Part shown: piece after piece, positions 36,126-47,377 of the stretch | How the letters are laid out: every line of letters starts with the position of its first letter | How positions within the stretch are numbered: the stretch's first letter is position 1 | Source of the DNA: Bacillota bacterium | Lineage (GTDB): Bacteria > Bacillota > Sulfobacillia > SLMV01 | NCBI GenBank assembly: GCA_046483165.1 | Contig: JAWODQ010000096.1 | Location: 7,667 to 71,666, forward strand | DNA: 64,000 nucleotides | Reading direction: 5' to 3' | The notes under the pieces: generated by a model | The model's input: the letters and a program-made list of their open reading frames with translations, nothing else | Database searches by the model: none | What the model was told of the DNA's origin: nothing | Position numbers and translations under genes: made by a program

Positions 36126-36989
36126 ATGGGAGGAATTCAATTGAGTACCGTCTATCTGAACGGCCAATTCGTTCGAGACACCGAAGCCAGCATTTCCCCG
36201 GAGGACAGGGGGTTTCTGTTCGCCGACGCCCTCTACGAGGTAATCAGGATTTATGGGGGCAGGCCATTTTGTGCCCGGGACCATCTCGACAGATTGCGTT
36301 TCGGGGCCAGGGAACTCGGATTGGACGTACCCTTTGGCGACGAGGAGTTTTTTGATATTGTCGAAGAATTGCTTTCGGCGAACGAGCTCGGGGAAGCCGC
36401 CCTGTACCTCCAGGTAAGCCGTGGTGCCGAACCCCGTCAGCATCGCCTGCCGAAACAGTGTACCCCGACCGTATACGCAAATGTCCGCCCGGTGTCGCGG
36501 CCCGACCCGGAGATGGCGGAAGATGGCGTCAAGGTCATCACCCATCCCGACATCCGCGGCGGACTGTGTTACGTCAAGACGACGGCCCTGCTTTTCAACT
36601 GTCTTGCCGCCACCCGAGCAAAGGAAGCGGATGCTTTCGAAGCCCTCTTCGTGCGCCAGGGTTTCGTCACCGAAGGAAGCATGACCTCGGCGTTTTGCGT
36701 AATCGACGGGACGTTGTACACACATCCCCTCGCCAACATACTACCCGGCATAACCAGACTGAACGTCTTGAGATTGGCGCGGCGACACGGATGGGAGTAC
36801 GAGGAGAGGGCATTGCCGGTTGGCCGATTTATCGAGGCGGATGAGGCTTTCATCACCGGCACCGTCTCCGAGATAGTACCGGTCGTGCGGGTGGACGACG
36901 TGACCATAGGGGACGGCGGGATCGGCCCGGTGACCCAAAGGGTGCAGAGGGCGTTCGAGGACCTGATCCGCGAAGAATGTGACGGCTGA
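36126..36989 (+). CDS. Class IV aminotransferase (D-amino-acid / branched-chain aminotransferase family)
   Basis: 287 aa. ...FADALYEVIRIYGG...EAFITGTVSEIVPVVRVD matches the fold-type IV PLP enzyme pattern. Starts 10 nt after the hybrid kinase stop. Confidence 0.8.
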   Translation: MGGIQLSTVYLNGQFVRDTEASISPEDRGFLFADALYEVIRIYGGRPFCARDHLDRLRFGARELGLDVPFGDEEFFDIVEELLSANELGEAALYLQVSRGAEPRQHRLPKQCTPTVYANVRPVSRPDPEMAEDGVKVITHPDIRGGLCYVKTTALLFNCLAATRAKEADAFEALFVRQGFVTEGSMTSAFCVIDGTLYTHPLANILPGITRLNVLRLARRHGWEYEERALPVGRFIEADEAFITGTVSEIVPVVRVDDVTIGDGGIGPVTQRVQRAFEDLIREECDG

Positions 36990-37011
36990 GATTACCCGGC
37001 CACAAACCGTA

Positions 37012-37060
37012 GAGCCCCGAGATCTCAACACCCAGGAGATTATCGGGGCTCGCTTTTTGT
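37012..37060 (+). terminator. Rho-independent terminator ending the hydrogenase/sensor/aminotransferase transcription unit
   Basis: gagccccgagatctc-(10-nt loop)-agattatcggggctc followed by gcTTTTTg. Confidence 0.6.
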
Positions 37061-37140
37061 CGAATAGATCTCTGCTACAGCCTTGTCTTCGATCCTGAGA
37101 TGGAATATTATGCCAGATAGTTGGCCCCTCGGGAGACGGA

Positions 37141-39432
37141 ATGTCCTCTTCACTTCTGGCGTTGGTCATCGCGGCCTGCATGGGGATAGCCCTGGGTACG
37201 TTACTGAGCCCCCCGACCTTCATTCCGGCGTCCATCGTCGGATTGTCCGCATCTGCCCTCCTTCTCGCTTCTCGCAAACATCGATATGGGCGTTTGGCCT
37301 GGCTGCTCCTGGTGCTCGGAGTGGTGGGGCTCGGAATGCTCAGGGCCCAGGTGGCCCTAAGCGATGTCGCGATAATTCGAGACGAACTGTCGGAGGTGGA
37401 AGTGGAGGTCGTGCCTCGAAGGCCCGGCGTTTCGGAGGAACGCTGGTACGGGGTGATCGAGTCCGCCGGTTCCTCCGACGAACTCGAAGGAGCCAAAATA
37501 GTGGCGGAATCTCCGAGGGCACCCCGATCCTCCCGCTATCTCTTGCGGGGTGATTTGACACCTCCACCGCCGGCGCGCAACCCGGGAGCTTTCGACTACG
37601 GCGCCTACCTGAGAGAGCGGGGCATAGCTGGTGTATTGGAGGCCGATGAGATGCGCGCGATCGGTGAGGAGCAGGTGGCGGCACGACTCGCCGGGCGTGT
37701 CGCCAAGCGGCTCGAAGACAGCGGAATTCACCGCGGGGCCGCCGCTATGGTTCGCGCCCTATCCCTGGGAGATCGACGCGGGTTGCGTGAGGAAGATGAA
37801 GAGGCCATGCGCCGGATCGGCCTGGCGCATCTTCTGGCAGTATCGGGAATGCACGTGGCCATGGTTGGATACGTATTCCGACGCGGTATGGGGATCGTCT
37901 TCGGCGACGTGGTGGCGGGAGGTCTGGCAGTATGTATTGTAGGGGGATACGCCTTTTTGGTCGGTGCGACTCCCTCGGTACTCCGGGCTGCGGCGGTGTT
38001 CGCCATCTACACCCTCTCCGAGATGTTCGGCAGGAAGATAGCTCCCCATCATGCCCTGGCGTGGGCGGCATTAATCCTCCTGATCCGCGATCCCTTCGAC
38101 GCCGTCGAGGTGGGATTTCAGCTCTCTTTTGCGGCCGCGGCCGCAATTCTGCTCGCCCACCGCGCGGTGACGCGCTCGGACCGCGGGAAATTCGCCACGT
38201 TGTTGGCATGTTCCACGGCGGCGTGGCTCGCGACCGCGCCGTTCCTCCTCTATCATTTCGACCGCGTTGCTCCCCTGGGCCTCGTTCTAAGCCCGCTGGT
38301 ACTCCCCCTGTTTCCCGTCATCCTCGCCGCGGCCTGGATGGTCGCGGTGGGATCGCTGGCCGGTCTGGGTGGCTCCCTACTTGCGCTCTTGGCCACCCCA
38401 CTGACGTGGATGTCTCGTCTCTCGCGGATGGCGGCCGAGCTGGCCCCGACGATAGAAGCCCGCACTTCGTGGGTCGCCCCGGCGTTTTTGGGCGTGTCGG
38501 TCCTGGTCTTCATGCTGGATATGCGGAAATCGGGGGATAGGCTACCCGCGGTTCCCCGACGGTGCAACTTCATCTGCGGGGTCGTCGTAGCGACGCTTTG
38601 GTTGATGGCGCTTTGGGCGGTGTGGCTTCCGGAGATCCCGGATCCGGGAGCTTTGCGCATCGTCGTCTTCGACGTGGGTCAGGGTGATGCGATCCTGTTG
38701 GAGACGTCCGAGGGAGAGGTCGCAGTAGTGGACGTCGGTCCCATCTGGGGTGATCGAGCCGCTATAGAGTACTCCCTCATTCCTTACCTGCACGCTCGCG
38801 GGTATCGGAAGGTGGATCGCGCGTTTATAACGCACGGTCACCGCGACCACTACGGTGGGCTCGAAGCGCTGATCGAGGCGATGCCGGTGGAGGAGGTGGC
38901 CGTGGGTCCTTTGGATGGCACAAATCCGGCGGGGGACACTTCGACCGCTACGACTCGACTTCGCCGGGGAAGAATTGAAAGAATGGGGGCGGTGAACGTC
39001 AAATGCCTTTGGCCGCCCGAGATTGTGCCGGGTTCTTGGGGTTTGAATCCCCGTAGTGGGGTGCTCTCGGTGGGACTCGGAGGATACCGGATTCTCCTGG
39101 CGGGTGATCTTTGCGATGTCGGAGAGCGGGCACTGCTGGGAGCCTGTGATCCCGGGGAACTGGAGGCCGACTTCATCAAGGTGGGCCACCACGGGAGCGC
39201 CGACGCCTCCGGAGAGGAATTCTTGCGTCGGGTCGGGCCGGATGTGGCCGTATTGTCCGTGGGATACAATTCCTATGGTTTACCCGACCCCGAAACCGTA
39301 GCGCGCTTGCGCTCTCGGGCGAGCGCAGTGGTGAGTACGCGCGATCACGGGGCGGTTATAATCGAAAGCGACGGGCAGAAGTGGAAAACGGCCACGGTTG
39401 CCGCCCCACCTCCCGCGCCGGAGGTCCCTTGA
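37141..39432 (+). CDS. comEC: DNA internalisation competence protein ComEC/Rec2 (with C-terminal metallo-beta-lactamase domain)
   Basis: 763 aa. Polytopic competence domain (LAHLLAVSGMHVAMV). C-terminal MBL fold (VFDVGQGDAILL...FITHGHRDHYGGL...KVGHHGS). Confidence 0.85.
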   Translation: MSSSLLALVIAACMGIALGTLLSPPTFIPASIVGLSASALLLASRKHRYGRLAWLLLVLGVVGLGMLRAQVALSDVAIIRDELSEVEVEVVPRRPGVSEERWYGVIESAGSSDELEGAKIVAESPRAPRSSRYLLRGDLTPPPPARNPGAFDYGAYLRERGIAGVLEADEMRAIGEEQVAARLAGRVAKRLEDSGIHRGAAAMVRALSLGDRRGLREEDEEAMRRIGLAHLLAVSGMHVAMVGYVFRRGMGIVFGDVVAGGLAVCIVGGYAFLVGATPSVLRAAAVFAIYTLSEMFGRKIAPHHALAWAALILLIRDPFDAVEVGFQLSFAAAAAILLAHRAVTRSDRGKFATLLACSTAAWLATAPFLLYHFDRVAPLGLVLSPLVLPLFPVILAAAWMVAVGSLAGLGGSLLALLATPLTWMSRLSRMAAELAPTIEARTSWVAPAFLGVSVLVFMLDMRKSGDRLPAVPRRCNFICGVVVATLWLMALWAVWLPEIPDPGALRIVVFDVGQGDAILLETSEGEVAVVDVGPIWGDRAAIEYSLIPYLHARGYRKVDRAFITHGHRDHYGGLEALIEAMPVEEVAVGPLDGTNPAGDTSTATTRLRRGRIERMGAVNVKCLWPPEIVPGSWGLNPRSGVLSVGLGGYRILLAGDLCDVGERALLGACDPGELEADFIKVGHHGSADASGEEFLRRVGPDVAVLSVGYNSYGLPDPETVARLRSRASAVVSTRDHGAVIIESDGQKWKTATVAAPPPAPEVP

Positions 39433-39510
39433 GGTAGTATGTAGTAGGATATGAATGAAGATGGTCGTGAGATCGTCGTCCGTATGACCCAAGTGGGGAG
39501 GGAAGAGCAC

Positions 39511-40542
39511 ATGGATTACCGAAGCGCCCGCGAGGCTTTGGAGAACGGGGAAATCTCTCCGGTATATCTCGTCTTCGGGGAGGAGAGTTTCCTCATACGT
39601 GAGTTTTTGAAGGAGCTCGGGCGGCATTTGGGAATCGAGGAGGGAAACTCCCTCCGATATCAGCGCTTCGAGGGAGAGAGAATCGACGAAGCCCTGGCCG
39701 CCTGCATGACTCCGAGTTTCGATGGGCGTAGACGACTGGTACTTCTCGAGGATCCCCCCGCTCTGAAGGGAGGAGTTGGCGAAGAGCTCCTGGTGGATTA
39801 CCTGCAAAGACCGGACGAAGGGGCGGTGCTGGTGTTAGTCACGGACAAGGTAGATCGTCGCCGTCGCGCGTATTCACGCTTCAAATCGGCACGCCCGGCG
39901 CGAATCGTTGAATGTTCCCCTCTGCGCGGGAGAGATCTGGCTCGGTGGATCGCAGCCCGCCTTCGGCGCGCGGATAAGTCCGCCGACCCCGAGGCGTTGA
40001 GGGTATTGAGTTCGATGGACGTCTCCCTGGGGATTTTGGATTCGGAGATCCGGAAACTCTTGAGTTACGTGGGAGACGAGAAACGGGTCGAAGTGGCCGA
40101 CGTCATGCGGGTCGTCAACGTACCCGGGGAGACGAGCATATTCGCCCTGGTGGATGCGGTGGGGTCCGGAGACGCGAAAACGGCCGTCGCAGTGATGGGG
40201 GAGATCCTCGACGGCGGTGCCGATCCCCTCATGATACTGGGTATGGTGGCGCGGCAAATCCGATTGATCTGGCACGTGGGATACGAATTGGCGGCGGGCC
40301 GTTCGCCCAAGGCCATCGCCTCTTCTTTGGGACAGCATCCCTTCGTGGTGGAAAAATGCGCGCGACAGAGTGCGAACTTCGAAAGGGAAGAACTGGAACG
40401 ACATCTACGGCTGATACTCGAGACGGATCTGGGTATCAAGCGCGGAGTGTGGTCGGCGCGACTCGCGGTGGAGAGGCTGGTGGCGATTCTCGCCAGTCCG
40501 AGGTTGCGCGCTCGTGCCAGGGGTCTTCGGGTGGGGCGTTGA
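39511..40542 (+). CDS. holA: DNA polymerase III delta subunit
   Basis: Start at the Met preceded by SD GGGGAGGG (8-nt spacing), giving MDYRSAREALENGEISPVYLVFGEE, typical of HolA. An upstream in-frame ATG at 39451 is also possible. Confidence 0.8.
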   Translation: MDYRSAREALENGEISPVYLVFGEESFLIREFLKELGRHLGIEEGNSLRYQRFEGERIDEALAACMTPSFDGRRRLVLLEDPPALKGGVGEELLVDYLQRPDEGAVLVLVTDKVDRRRRAYSRFKSARPARIVECSPLRGRDLARWIAARLRRADKSADPEALRVLSSMDVSLGILDSEIRKLLSYVGDEKRVEVADVMRVVNVPGETSIFALVDAVGSGDAKTAVAVMGEILDGGADPLMILGMVARQIRLIWHVGYELAAGRSPKAIASSLGQHPFVVEKCARQSANFEREELERHLRLILETDLGIKRGVWSARLAVERLVAILASPRLRARARGLRVGR

Positions 40543-40702
40543 ATGGTCGGTTTCATCGAAAGGCGGGAATCTCCCCTGATGCGTCGCTTTGTCCCTCGCT
40601 CGAAGGAATGATGCGCTCCGGGTCCTGCCTGCCGGGACCTACCCGGCAGGGGAATCCAATCAACTCGAGCTCGGTGGAGAATCGGCGGACGGAGAGGATG
40701 CT

Positions 40703-40978
40703 TCAGCCGGTCTGAGCCTCGTTGTAGATCTTTTGAAGACGGGCCTTTTTGCGCGCGGCGTTGTTTTTGTGAATTACGCCCTTGCCGGCGGCGCGGTCGA
40801 TGACTCTAATAGCCTGCCTGAGAGCCTCTTCGGGGTCTCCCTCGCCGGAGGAGAGCGTGCTCTCGAAGCGTCGGGTGAAAGTCCTCATCTGACTTTTCAC
40901 GCGACGATTTCGCAGTCTACGTTTCTCGGAAGTCTTGATTCGCTTGATGGCAGATTTTATATTGGCCAATTTACTCAC
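40703..40978 (-). CDS. rpsT: 30S ribosomal protein S20
   Basis: ANIKSAIKRIKTSEKRRLRNRRVKSQMRT... is a clear S20 match. GTG start. Confidence 0.85.
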   Translation of the reverse strand: MSKLANIKSAIKRIKTSEKRRLRNRRVKSQMRTFTRRFESTLSSGEGDPEEALRQAIRVIDRAAGKGVIHKNNAARKKARLQKIYNEAQTG

Positions 40979-41184
40979 CTCCTAACGGATATTAACACAG
41001 GCGTGCTCGGCCATTCAACGCTTACGCAATCGCAATATTCCGCTCGATCCGGAGAAACTCCTGCCGTCGCGGCTCCGAGGGGATGTATCCCGCAGCCAGA
41101 CATATTTCGTTCCCGCGCCGATCACGAGTTGGACGAACCGAGAGTCTAACCACATCTTACCCTTTGTGAAAGGAGAGTGACACT

Positions 41185-41487
41185 ATGGCAATCGTGGCGG
41201 TGAGTACGGCACCTTTGGGTGAAGGAACTAGCGTCAGCGAATACGTGGCTTCCGCGATCGAAGTCCTGGAGGAACACCCGAACGTCGAATACCAGCTCGG
41301 ACCGATGTTCACCACCCTCGAGGGCGACCTCGACGAAGTACTTGCGGTGGTGCGGGAAATGCACGAGTCCGTATTTGAAGGAGGCGCCCTCCGCGTCAAC
41401 ACTTTGATCAAGATCGATGATCGCCGGGACAAAGACATCACGGTACAGGGCAAGTTGGATGCGGTAAATCGACGCCTGCGCGGGTGA
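41185..41487 (+). CDS. MTH1187/YkoF family protein (DUF77)
   Basis: 100 aa: MAIVAVSTAPLGEGTSVSEYVA...LGPMFTTLEGDLDEV matches the family pattern. SD AAAGGAGAG upstream. Confidence 0.7.
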   Translation: MAIVAVSTAPLGEGTSVSEYVASAIEVLEEHPNVEYQLGPMFTTLEGDLDEVLAVVREMHESVFEGGALRVNTLIKIDDRRDKDITVQGKLDAVNRRLRG

Positions 41488-41499
41488 AACCTTTCCCCC

Positions 41500-41545
41500 A
41501 ACGTTTCCCCGGCTGCAGCCGGGGAAACGTTACGGTCTTCCTTTC
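41500..41545 (+). terminator. Intrinsic terminator after the DUF77 gene
   Basis: Perfect 14-bp stem aacgtttccccggc-tgca-gccggggaaacgtt followed by a T-rich tract. Confidence 0.55.
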
Positions 41546-41653
41546 TCACGCGATCACAGCGGGCGCTCATACCCGTGCGTTCCCGGCTACCTTCGGGCAG
41601 GGTCCGCCCGTACCCCCAAAACTGCTTCGTTCCTTCGAGGCGCGCCGTTAGCG

Positions 41654-41682
41654 TTGACACCGTGACTTTCTGGTGGTATTTT
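41654..41682 (+). promoter_or_regulatory. Candidate sigma-A promoter of the hrcA-grpE-dnaK-dnaJ operon
   Basis: TTGACA, 17-nt spacer, TATTTT. It lies 12 nt upstream of the CIRCE element. Confidence 0.45.
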
Positions 41683-41693
41683 TTTGGGTAGCA

Positions 41694-41720
41694 TTAGCAC
41701 TCTCGTTGATAGAGTGCTAA
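41694..41720. promoter_or_regulatory. CIRCE operator upstream of hrcA
   Basis: TTAGCACTC-tcgttgata-GAGTGCTAA is a perfect consensus match. Confidence 0.85.
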
Positions 41721-41770
41721 GAAGGATTCTGGCCTGGTGTTCGGTCCATCTCCCGAACGGGGTGAAAAGC

Positions 41771-42796
41771 GTGGACCTCGATGAACGCAAACTTAAGGTA
41801 ATGCAGGCGGTGGTGGAAGCATATGTGATGAATGTCCAGCCCGTAGGGTCGCGCACCATCGCGAAAGAATACGATCTCGGCGTCAGTCCGGCCACGATAA
41901 GGAACGAAATGGCCGACCTCGAGGGTATGGGGCTTTTGGAACAGCCGCATACTTCCGCAGGAAGGATACCGTCCGATCTGGGGTATCGCGTGTATGTCGA
42001 TAAGATCGCGAAGATATCGCGCCCCAGTCGGAAGGACCTCAGTAAAGTCAGGAGTGCCCTGCACCGGCAGGTATCCGAAGTGGAAGGTGTCCTACGCGTA
42101 TCGGCGCGGGTACTCTCGGAGATGACGGATTGCCTCACCTTGCTCGCCGGTCCGGAGACCGGGGAGGCCGTATTGAATACCATCGACCTCGTCCCGCTTC
42201 GCTCGGGCCGCGTCATGGTGTTGGTCATAACCGAGGACGGATTCGTCCAAAGCCGGATGGTCGAATTGCCGGACGTTCCGGCGGAGGAGATGGAGCGTGC
42301 ATCCCGTTTGCTCAATGATCACTTCAGCGGTATGACGATCTCCGAGATTTTGCAGGGCTCCTCGCTCAAGGGTCTGCGCCGCGAGCTGAGGTATTGCTCC
42401 CGTTTGGCCGACGTGGTGGATGGTCTTCTGAAGCGCTCGGCGCAGGGTGAAGTGACCGATTACGTCATCGACGGCGCGGCCAACATAATGAAGCATCCGG
42501 AGTTTCGCGATGTGGCGAGGGCGCAAAGGGTTCTCGAAGCCCTCGCACGCCGCTCTCTCATAAGGGATTTGCTGAATCGCTTCTCCGGCGAGGAACTGGT
42601 TACACTGATCGGATCCGAGAACGTCAGCGAGGACATGAAAGAGTGTTCTCTGATATCGACGGTATACTACATCGGAGGCAGGCGCGGTGGTAGCATGAGT
42701 GTGATCGGGCCCCGGCGTATGGATTACGGACGGGTGATGGGCCTGCTGAAGACGGTGAGCGAGGTCGTCGGGGACGTGCTCGGTGACCGCAATTGA
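41771..42796 (+). CDS. hrcA: Heat-inducible transcription repressor HrcA
   Basis: GTG start giving VDLDERKLKVMQAVVEAYV...VGSRTIAKEY, the HrcA winged-helix N-terminus. The ORF extends upstream through CIRCE to 41684, which is unlikely to be translated. Confidence 0.85.
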   Translation: MDLDERKLKVMQAVVEAYVMNVQPVGSRTIAKEYDLGVSPATIRNEMADLEGMGLLEQPHTSAGRIPSDLGYRVYVDKIAKISRPSRKDLSKVRSALHRQVSEVEGVLRVSARVLSEMTDCLTLLAGPETGEAVLNTIDLVPLRSGRVMVLVITEDGFVQSRMVELPDVPAEEMERASRLLNDHFSGMTISEILQGSSLKGLRRELRYCSRLADVVDGLLKRSAQGEVTDYVIDGAANIMKHPEFRDVARAQRVLEALARRSLIRDLLNRFSGEELVTLIGSENVSEDMKECSLISTVYYIGGRRGGSMSVIGPRRMDYGRVMGLLKTVSEVVGDVLGDRN

Positions 42797-42899
42797 GCGT
42801 TCCTAATCCCCCGATTGTGCTGGGCGTTTTCCGGATCGGTTGAGTTCCGGAGGCGCCCTTTTGGGGGTAATAGAAAAGGAGAATCTGGAGGTTGATCAA

Positions 42900-43496
42900 G
42901 TGCCCAGCGACGCGAACTGTGTTCCCGAAGAGGAGCCGAAGGACGAGGTCCGCTCTCGCCGAAGAGAGGAAGAGTTGCGAGAGCAGCTCAGGCTGGTGGG
43001 CGAGGAAGCGGAGGATCTCAGGGAACAGGTAGATTCCCTGCGCGATGCCCTGGCCCGGGCGCGCGCGGATTACAAGAATTTGAAAAAACGGCAGAGTCGC
43101 CGCATGGAACAGATGCGGGATGAGATGCGGGGGGAGATCGTAGGCAGTTTTCTTCCCGTGATCGATGACCTGAATCAGGTTTTGCAAAACACCGCGGACC
43201 GATCGGATGACCCCGTGCGCCAGGGGGTGGAAATGATACTCGTCAAGATCGAAGATATCCTTTCCGATATGGATGTATCTCGAATCGAAACCGTGGGAGA
43301 GGATTTCGATCCCAACTGGCACGAGGCCTTGGAATACGTGCCCGCGGACGATCGACCGGATGGCACCGTGATTGCAGAATTGAGTGCGGGGTTTAGAATG
43401 AAAGATCGACTCCTCAGGCCGGCCCGGGTGCGAGTGGCTCGGAACGCGTCCGAGGAGAATTCAACAGATTCCCGCGACGACGTTAAGGAGGAGTAA
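42900..43496 (+). CDS. grpE: Nucleotide exchange factor GrpE
   Basis: GrpE coiled-coil and beta domain ([18 protein letters not shown]...[44 protein letters not shown]). Start chosen at GTG 42900 after GGAGG. The ORF extends to 42840. Confidence 0.8.
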   Translation: MPSDANCVPEEEPKDEVRSRRREEELREQLRLVGEEAEDLREQVDSLRDALARARADYKNLKKRQSRRMEQMRDEMRGEIVGSFLPVIDDLNQVLQNTADRSDDPVRQGVEMILVKIEDILSDMDVSRIETVGEDFDPNWHEALEYVPADDRPDGTVIAELSAGFRMKDRLLRPARVRVARNASEENSTDSRDDVKEE

Positions 43497-43500
43497 AGAT

Positions 43501-45336
43501 ATGGCGAAAGTGTTGGGCATAGATCTCGGAACGACGAATTCGGCCATGGCCATAATGGAGGGTGGAGACCCGACCATAATCCCCAACGCGGAGGGTACCC
43601 GGACCACTCCGTCGGTCGTGGCGTTCAGCAAGGAAGGCGAAAGACTGGTCGGCCAGGTCGCCAAGCGTCAGGCGGTGGTCAACTCGGAACGGACCGTCAC
43701 CTCGATCAAGCGGAAGATGGGGACCGACCACCTGGTGAAAATCGACGATCGCGAGTACACGCCCCAGGAAATCTCGGCCTTCATACTGCAGAAGCTGAAG
43801 ACCGACGCCGAGGAATACCTCGGGGAAAGCATTCAGCAGGCGGTCATTACCGTACCCGCCTATTTCACGGACAGCCAGCGCCAGGCCACCAAGGATGCCG
43901 GAAAGATTGCCGGGCTCGAGGTACTTCGCATCATTAACGAGCCAACCGCGGCCTCTTTGGCCTACGGACTGGACCGGGAGGAAGAGGACACGACGATCCT
44001 GGTCTACGACCTGGGCGGCGGCACCTTCGATGTCTCCGTTTTGGAGCTCGGAGAGGGCGTATTCGAAGTCAAGGCCACCAGCGGAGACAATTTGTTGGGT
44101 GGCGACGATTTTGACCAGCGCGTCGTGGAGTGGATGATCGAAGAATTCAAAAAGGACCAGGGAATCGATCTCTCCAAGGATCGCCAGGCGAAACAACGCC
44201 TCATCGAGGCCGCCGAGAAGGCGAAAGTGGAACTCAGCAGCACGCTGCAAACCAACATCAGCTTGCCCTTCGTCACCGCGGATTCCTCCGGACCGAAGCA
44301 CCTCGAGCTGGTCCTGACTCGGGCCAAGCTGGAAGATCTCATATCGGATCTGGTGGAGAAGACCGTAGGCCCGATCAAGCGGGCTATGGAGGATGCCGGG
44401 GTCACGCCCGAGGACGTGGACAACGTGATTCTCGTCGGAGGCTCCACGCGCGTTCCGCTGGTGCAAAAGCGGGTCAAGGACGTGCTCGGCAAGGACCCCT
44501 TCAAGGGGATAAACCCCGACGAAGTGGTCGCCCTCGGCGCCGCGATTCAAGCTGGAGTACTGTCGGGCGAAGTCAAAGATGTACTGCTCTTGGACGTTAC
44601 ACCGCTGTCTTTGGGTATCGAAACCCTGGGCGGCGTGTTCACCAGGCTGATCGAGCGCAATACCACGATTCCCACCAAAACCAGCGAGATCTTCTCCACC
44701 GCCGCGGACAACCAGACCACGGTGGAGATACACGTCCTTCAGGGTGAGCGACCGATGGCGGCGGACAATCGTACCCTCGGCAGGTTTCGGTTGGAGGGAA
44801 TACCGCCGGCCCCGAGAGGCGTGCCGCAAATCGAGGTCACCTTCGACATAGATGCCAACGGAATCCTGAACGTTTCGGCCAAAGACAAGGCCACAGGCAA
44901 AGAGCAGAGCATCACGGTCGAGTCTTCCAGCGGTTTGGAGGAAGACGAGATCGAAAAGATGCGCAAGGAAGCCGAAGCGCACGCCGAAGAAGACCGCAGA
45001 CGCAAAGAGAGAGCCGAGGCCCGAAACGAGGCCGATACCGCGGCATACTCGGCGGAGCGCACCATCAAGGAGTTGGAAGATAAGGCGGATGAATCCCTCG
45101 TCGAAGAGGCGCGCAACAAGATGGAGAATCTCAAGGAAATCCTCGCCGATGATGAACCCGATATCGAGGCCATGAAGTCCGCTACCTCCGAACTCACGGA
45201 CGCCATTTATCGGCTGAGCTCCTCCGCGTACGAGGCTTCCGGTGACGAACAGGCCGCCGCCGGCGATGGCGACGGCGGAGACGCCGACGGAACTGATGGC
45301 GGAGACGTGGACGCGGACTACGAAGTGGAAGAATGA
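43501..45336 (+). CDS. dnaK: Chaperone DnaK (Hsp70)
   Basis: [14 protein letters not shown]...DLGGGTFD...EVKATSGD... matches over the full 611 aa. Confidence 0.97.
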   Translation: MAKVLGIDLGTTNSAMAIMEGGDPTIIPNAEGTRTTPSVVAFSKEGERLVGQVAKRQAVVNSERTVTSIKRKMGTDHLVKIDDREYTPQEISAFILQKLKTDAEEYLGESIQQAVITVPAYFTDSQRQATKDAGKIAGLEVLRIINEPTAASLAYGLDREEEDTTILVYDLGGGTFDVSVLELGEGVFEVKATSGDNLLGGDDFDQRVVEWMIEEFKKDQGIDLSKDRQAKQRLIEAAEKAKVELSSTLQTNISLPFVTADSSGPKHLELVLTRAKLEDLISDLVEKTVGPIKRAMEDAGVTPEDVDNVILVGGSTRVPLVQKRVKDVLGKDPFKGINPDEVVALGAAIQAGVLSGEVKDVLLLDVTPLSLGIETLGGVFTRLIERNTTIPTKTSEIFSTAADNQTTVEIHVLQGERPMAADNRTLGRFRLEGIPPAPRGVPQIEVTFDIDANGILNVSAKDKATGKEQSITVESSSGLEEDEIEKMRKEAEAHAEEDRRRKERAEARNEADTAAYSAERTIKELEDKADESLVEEARNKMENLKEILADDEPDIEAMKSATSELTDAIYRLSSSAYEASGDEQAAAGDGDGGDADGTDGGDVDADYEVEE

Positions 45337-45383
45337 GGCGAACGGACCGGTTTTGTGACCTCGGCCCGATGGGGGGAAGCTGA

Positions 45384-46541
45384 GTGCCCGAAGGCAAGGA
45401 CTACTACGAAATACTGGGCGTGTCGCGCGACGCAACCCAGGAAGAAATAAAGAAGGCCTATCGCCGGCTGGCGCGGGAGTCCCATCCCGATGCCAATCCG
45501 GACGATCCCGACGCCGAAGCGCGCTTCAAGGAAGTCAGCGAGGCGTATAGGATCCTGAGCGATCCGGAAAAGAGACGGCAATATGACCAATTCGGGCGTA
45601 CGGGTTCCACCGCCGGAGGTGGGTCAGCCGGATTCGATACCGGCGATTTCGGTTTCGGAGGCTTCGGGGATTTCGAAGATATCTTCGACGCGTTCTTCGG
45701 CGGTGGCCGACGCGGTCGCCGTTCCGCCGGGCCGGTGCGCGGTCCGGACTTGGAGACCCGCATAACGATCGATTTCGAACAGGCCGCCTTCGGGGTTGAG
45801 CGCGAGGTCGAAATCGAGCGCGAGGAGTCGTGTCCCACCTGTGGCGGTACCGGGGCCAAACCCGGCACCAGCCCCCGGACCTGTCCTCAATGTGGCGGCA
45901 CCGGCCAGGTCCGAACCAGCCGGAATACGCCTTTCGGACAGTTCGTAAGTGCGAGCCCGTGTCCTACCTGCAACGGTCGAGGGCAAATAATCGACGAGTT
46001 ATGTCCCGAGTGTCGCGGGCGAGGCCGGGTTGTCAAACGCCGAAAGATCAAGGTCAAAGTGCCGGCCGGCGTGAAGAGCGGTATGCGGCTGCGCATATCC
46101 GGCGAGGGCGGCCCGGGCGAACGCGGTGGGCCACCCGGTGACCTGTACGTATTGGTGAACGTCCGAGGACACGCGAAGTTTCGCCGAGACGGCAACGACG
46201 TTCACTCTGAGTTGGATATAAGTATGGTCGAGGCCGCGCTCGGTGCAAAAAAGGAGGTAGAGACCCTGGACGGAATGCAGAGTGTAACCATCCCCGCCGG
46301 TACCCAGGACGGGACCAGGATCCCCCTCAAGGACAAGGGGATACCTTTCCTGCGGGGTTACGGGCGCGGCGATCATATTGTCACCGTGCGGGTGAGAATA
46401 CCGAAGAAACTGACCGACGAGCAGAAGAGTCTGCTCTGGGAGTTCGCCGAATCGAGGGGAGAGGAAGTAGATCCCCCAGAAGAGGGCTTTTTCGATCGGG
46501 TGAAACGCGCCTTCGGTCGCGGAGCCGGTAGTGATGACTGA
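45384..46541 (+). CDS. dnaJ: Chaperone DnaJ
   Basis: J domain (YYEILGV...HPD). G/F-rich region. Four CxxCxGxG zinc-finger repeats. Confidence 0.95.
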   Translation: MPEGKDYYEILGVSRDATQEEIKKAYRRLARESHPDANPDDPDAEARFKEVSEAYRILSDPEKRRQYDQFGRTGSTAGGGSAGFDTGDFGFGGFGDFEDIFDAFFGGGRRGRRSAGPVRGPDLETRITIDFEQAAFGVEREVEIEREESCPTCGGTGAKPGTSPRTCPQCGGTGQVRTSRNTPFGQFVSASPCPTCNGRGQIIDELCPECRGRGRVVKRRKIKVKVPAGVKSGMRLRISGEGGPGERGGPPGDLYVLVNVRGHAKFRRDGNDVHSELDISMVEAALGAKKEVETLDGMQSVTIPAGTQDGTRIPLKDKGIPFLRGYGRGDHIVTVRVRIPKKLTDEQKSLLWEFAESRGEEVDPPEEGFFDRVKRAFGRGAGSDD

Positions 46542-47376
46542 CCGCGAGGATGGCGACGGTGAGGATCGTCTCAAAGAAGTGACCGTAACCGTTTCTCGCG
46601 ATGAGGCCGACGTTAGCCTCGCCCTTCTCCTGGGAATATCCCCGCGGGGAGTGATCGAGAGAAAGGGAACCGCAGACACCGTCGAATACGTTTTCTACTT
46701 GTCGGCGGAAACCGAGATTCCCGATCTGGCGGGAATGGACGTCCGATCTCGCCTCATCGCCAAAGTCGACTGGGAAGAACAGGCGCGGCGTCACTTCCAC
46801 CCGGTGGAGGTAGGTCCGCTGCGCGTTATCGCTCCGTGGATGCCGAGAAGAGATGAGCGGGATCTGTTCATAGAGCCCGGAGCCGCCTTCGGTACGGGGG
46901 GGCATGAAAGTACTCGCCTGGCCCTCGAGATGCTCGTGGGGGCGTTGGCCGACGAAACGGTGGACTCTATTTTGGATGTCGGCTGCGGTACCGGTATCCT
47001 CGCGCTCTCCGCCCTGAGACTGGGTGTGTCTCGGGCCTGGGCCTGCGACATCGACGATGCCGCCGTTCGCGCTGCTCGAAAGAATGCCGCGATCAATAAT
47101 CTAGAGGGTCGGTTGAATGCTTTCAAGCTGGACGTAACCGAACTCGATTTGGATGAGTTTCCGCTGGTTTTGGCCAACATCAACGCGCCCACCATAATCC
47201 TCCGGGCGAAGGCCCTCGCCCGATTGACTGCACCTCGTGGCCAGCTAATCGTCTCGGGGATTTACAAGGAGCAAACGGAGAGGGTTTTGTGTGGTTTACG
47301 GGAGAATTTCGAGGAGATGTCCCGGGCCCGCGAGGGTTCCTGGTGTGCCCTGCGACTTGCGCGAGGAGGGGATTGA
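46531..47376 (+). CDS. prmA: Ribosomal protein L11 methyltransferase
   Basis: SAM-binding [14 protein letters not shown] and PrmA-specific surrounding sequence. Overlaps the dnaJ end. Confidence 0.85.
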   Translation: MMTDREDGDGEDRLKEVTVTVSRDEADVSLALLLGISPRGVIERKGTADTVEYVFYLSAETEIPDLAGMDVRSRLIAKVDWEEQARRHFHPVEVGPLRVIAPWMPRRDERDLFIEPGAAFGTGGHESTRLALEMLVGALADETVDSILDVGCGTGILALSALRLGVSRAWACDIDDAAVRAARKNAAINNLEGRLNAFKLDVTELDLDEFPLVLANINAPTIILRAKALARLTAPRGQLIVSGIYKEQTERVLCGLRENFEEMSRAREGSWCALRLARGGD

Positions 47377-47377
47377 C

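Noticed and set aside
40590-40640. GC-rich hairpin (cctgccggg...cccggcagg) between holA and rpsT, considered as a terminator
   Set aside because: No U-tract on either strand adjacent to the stem.
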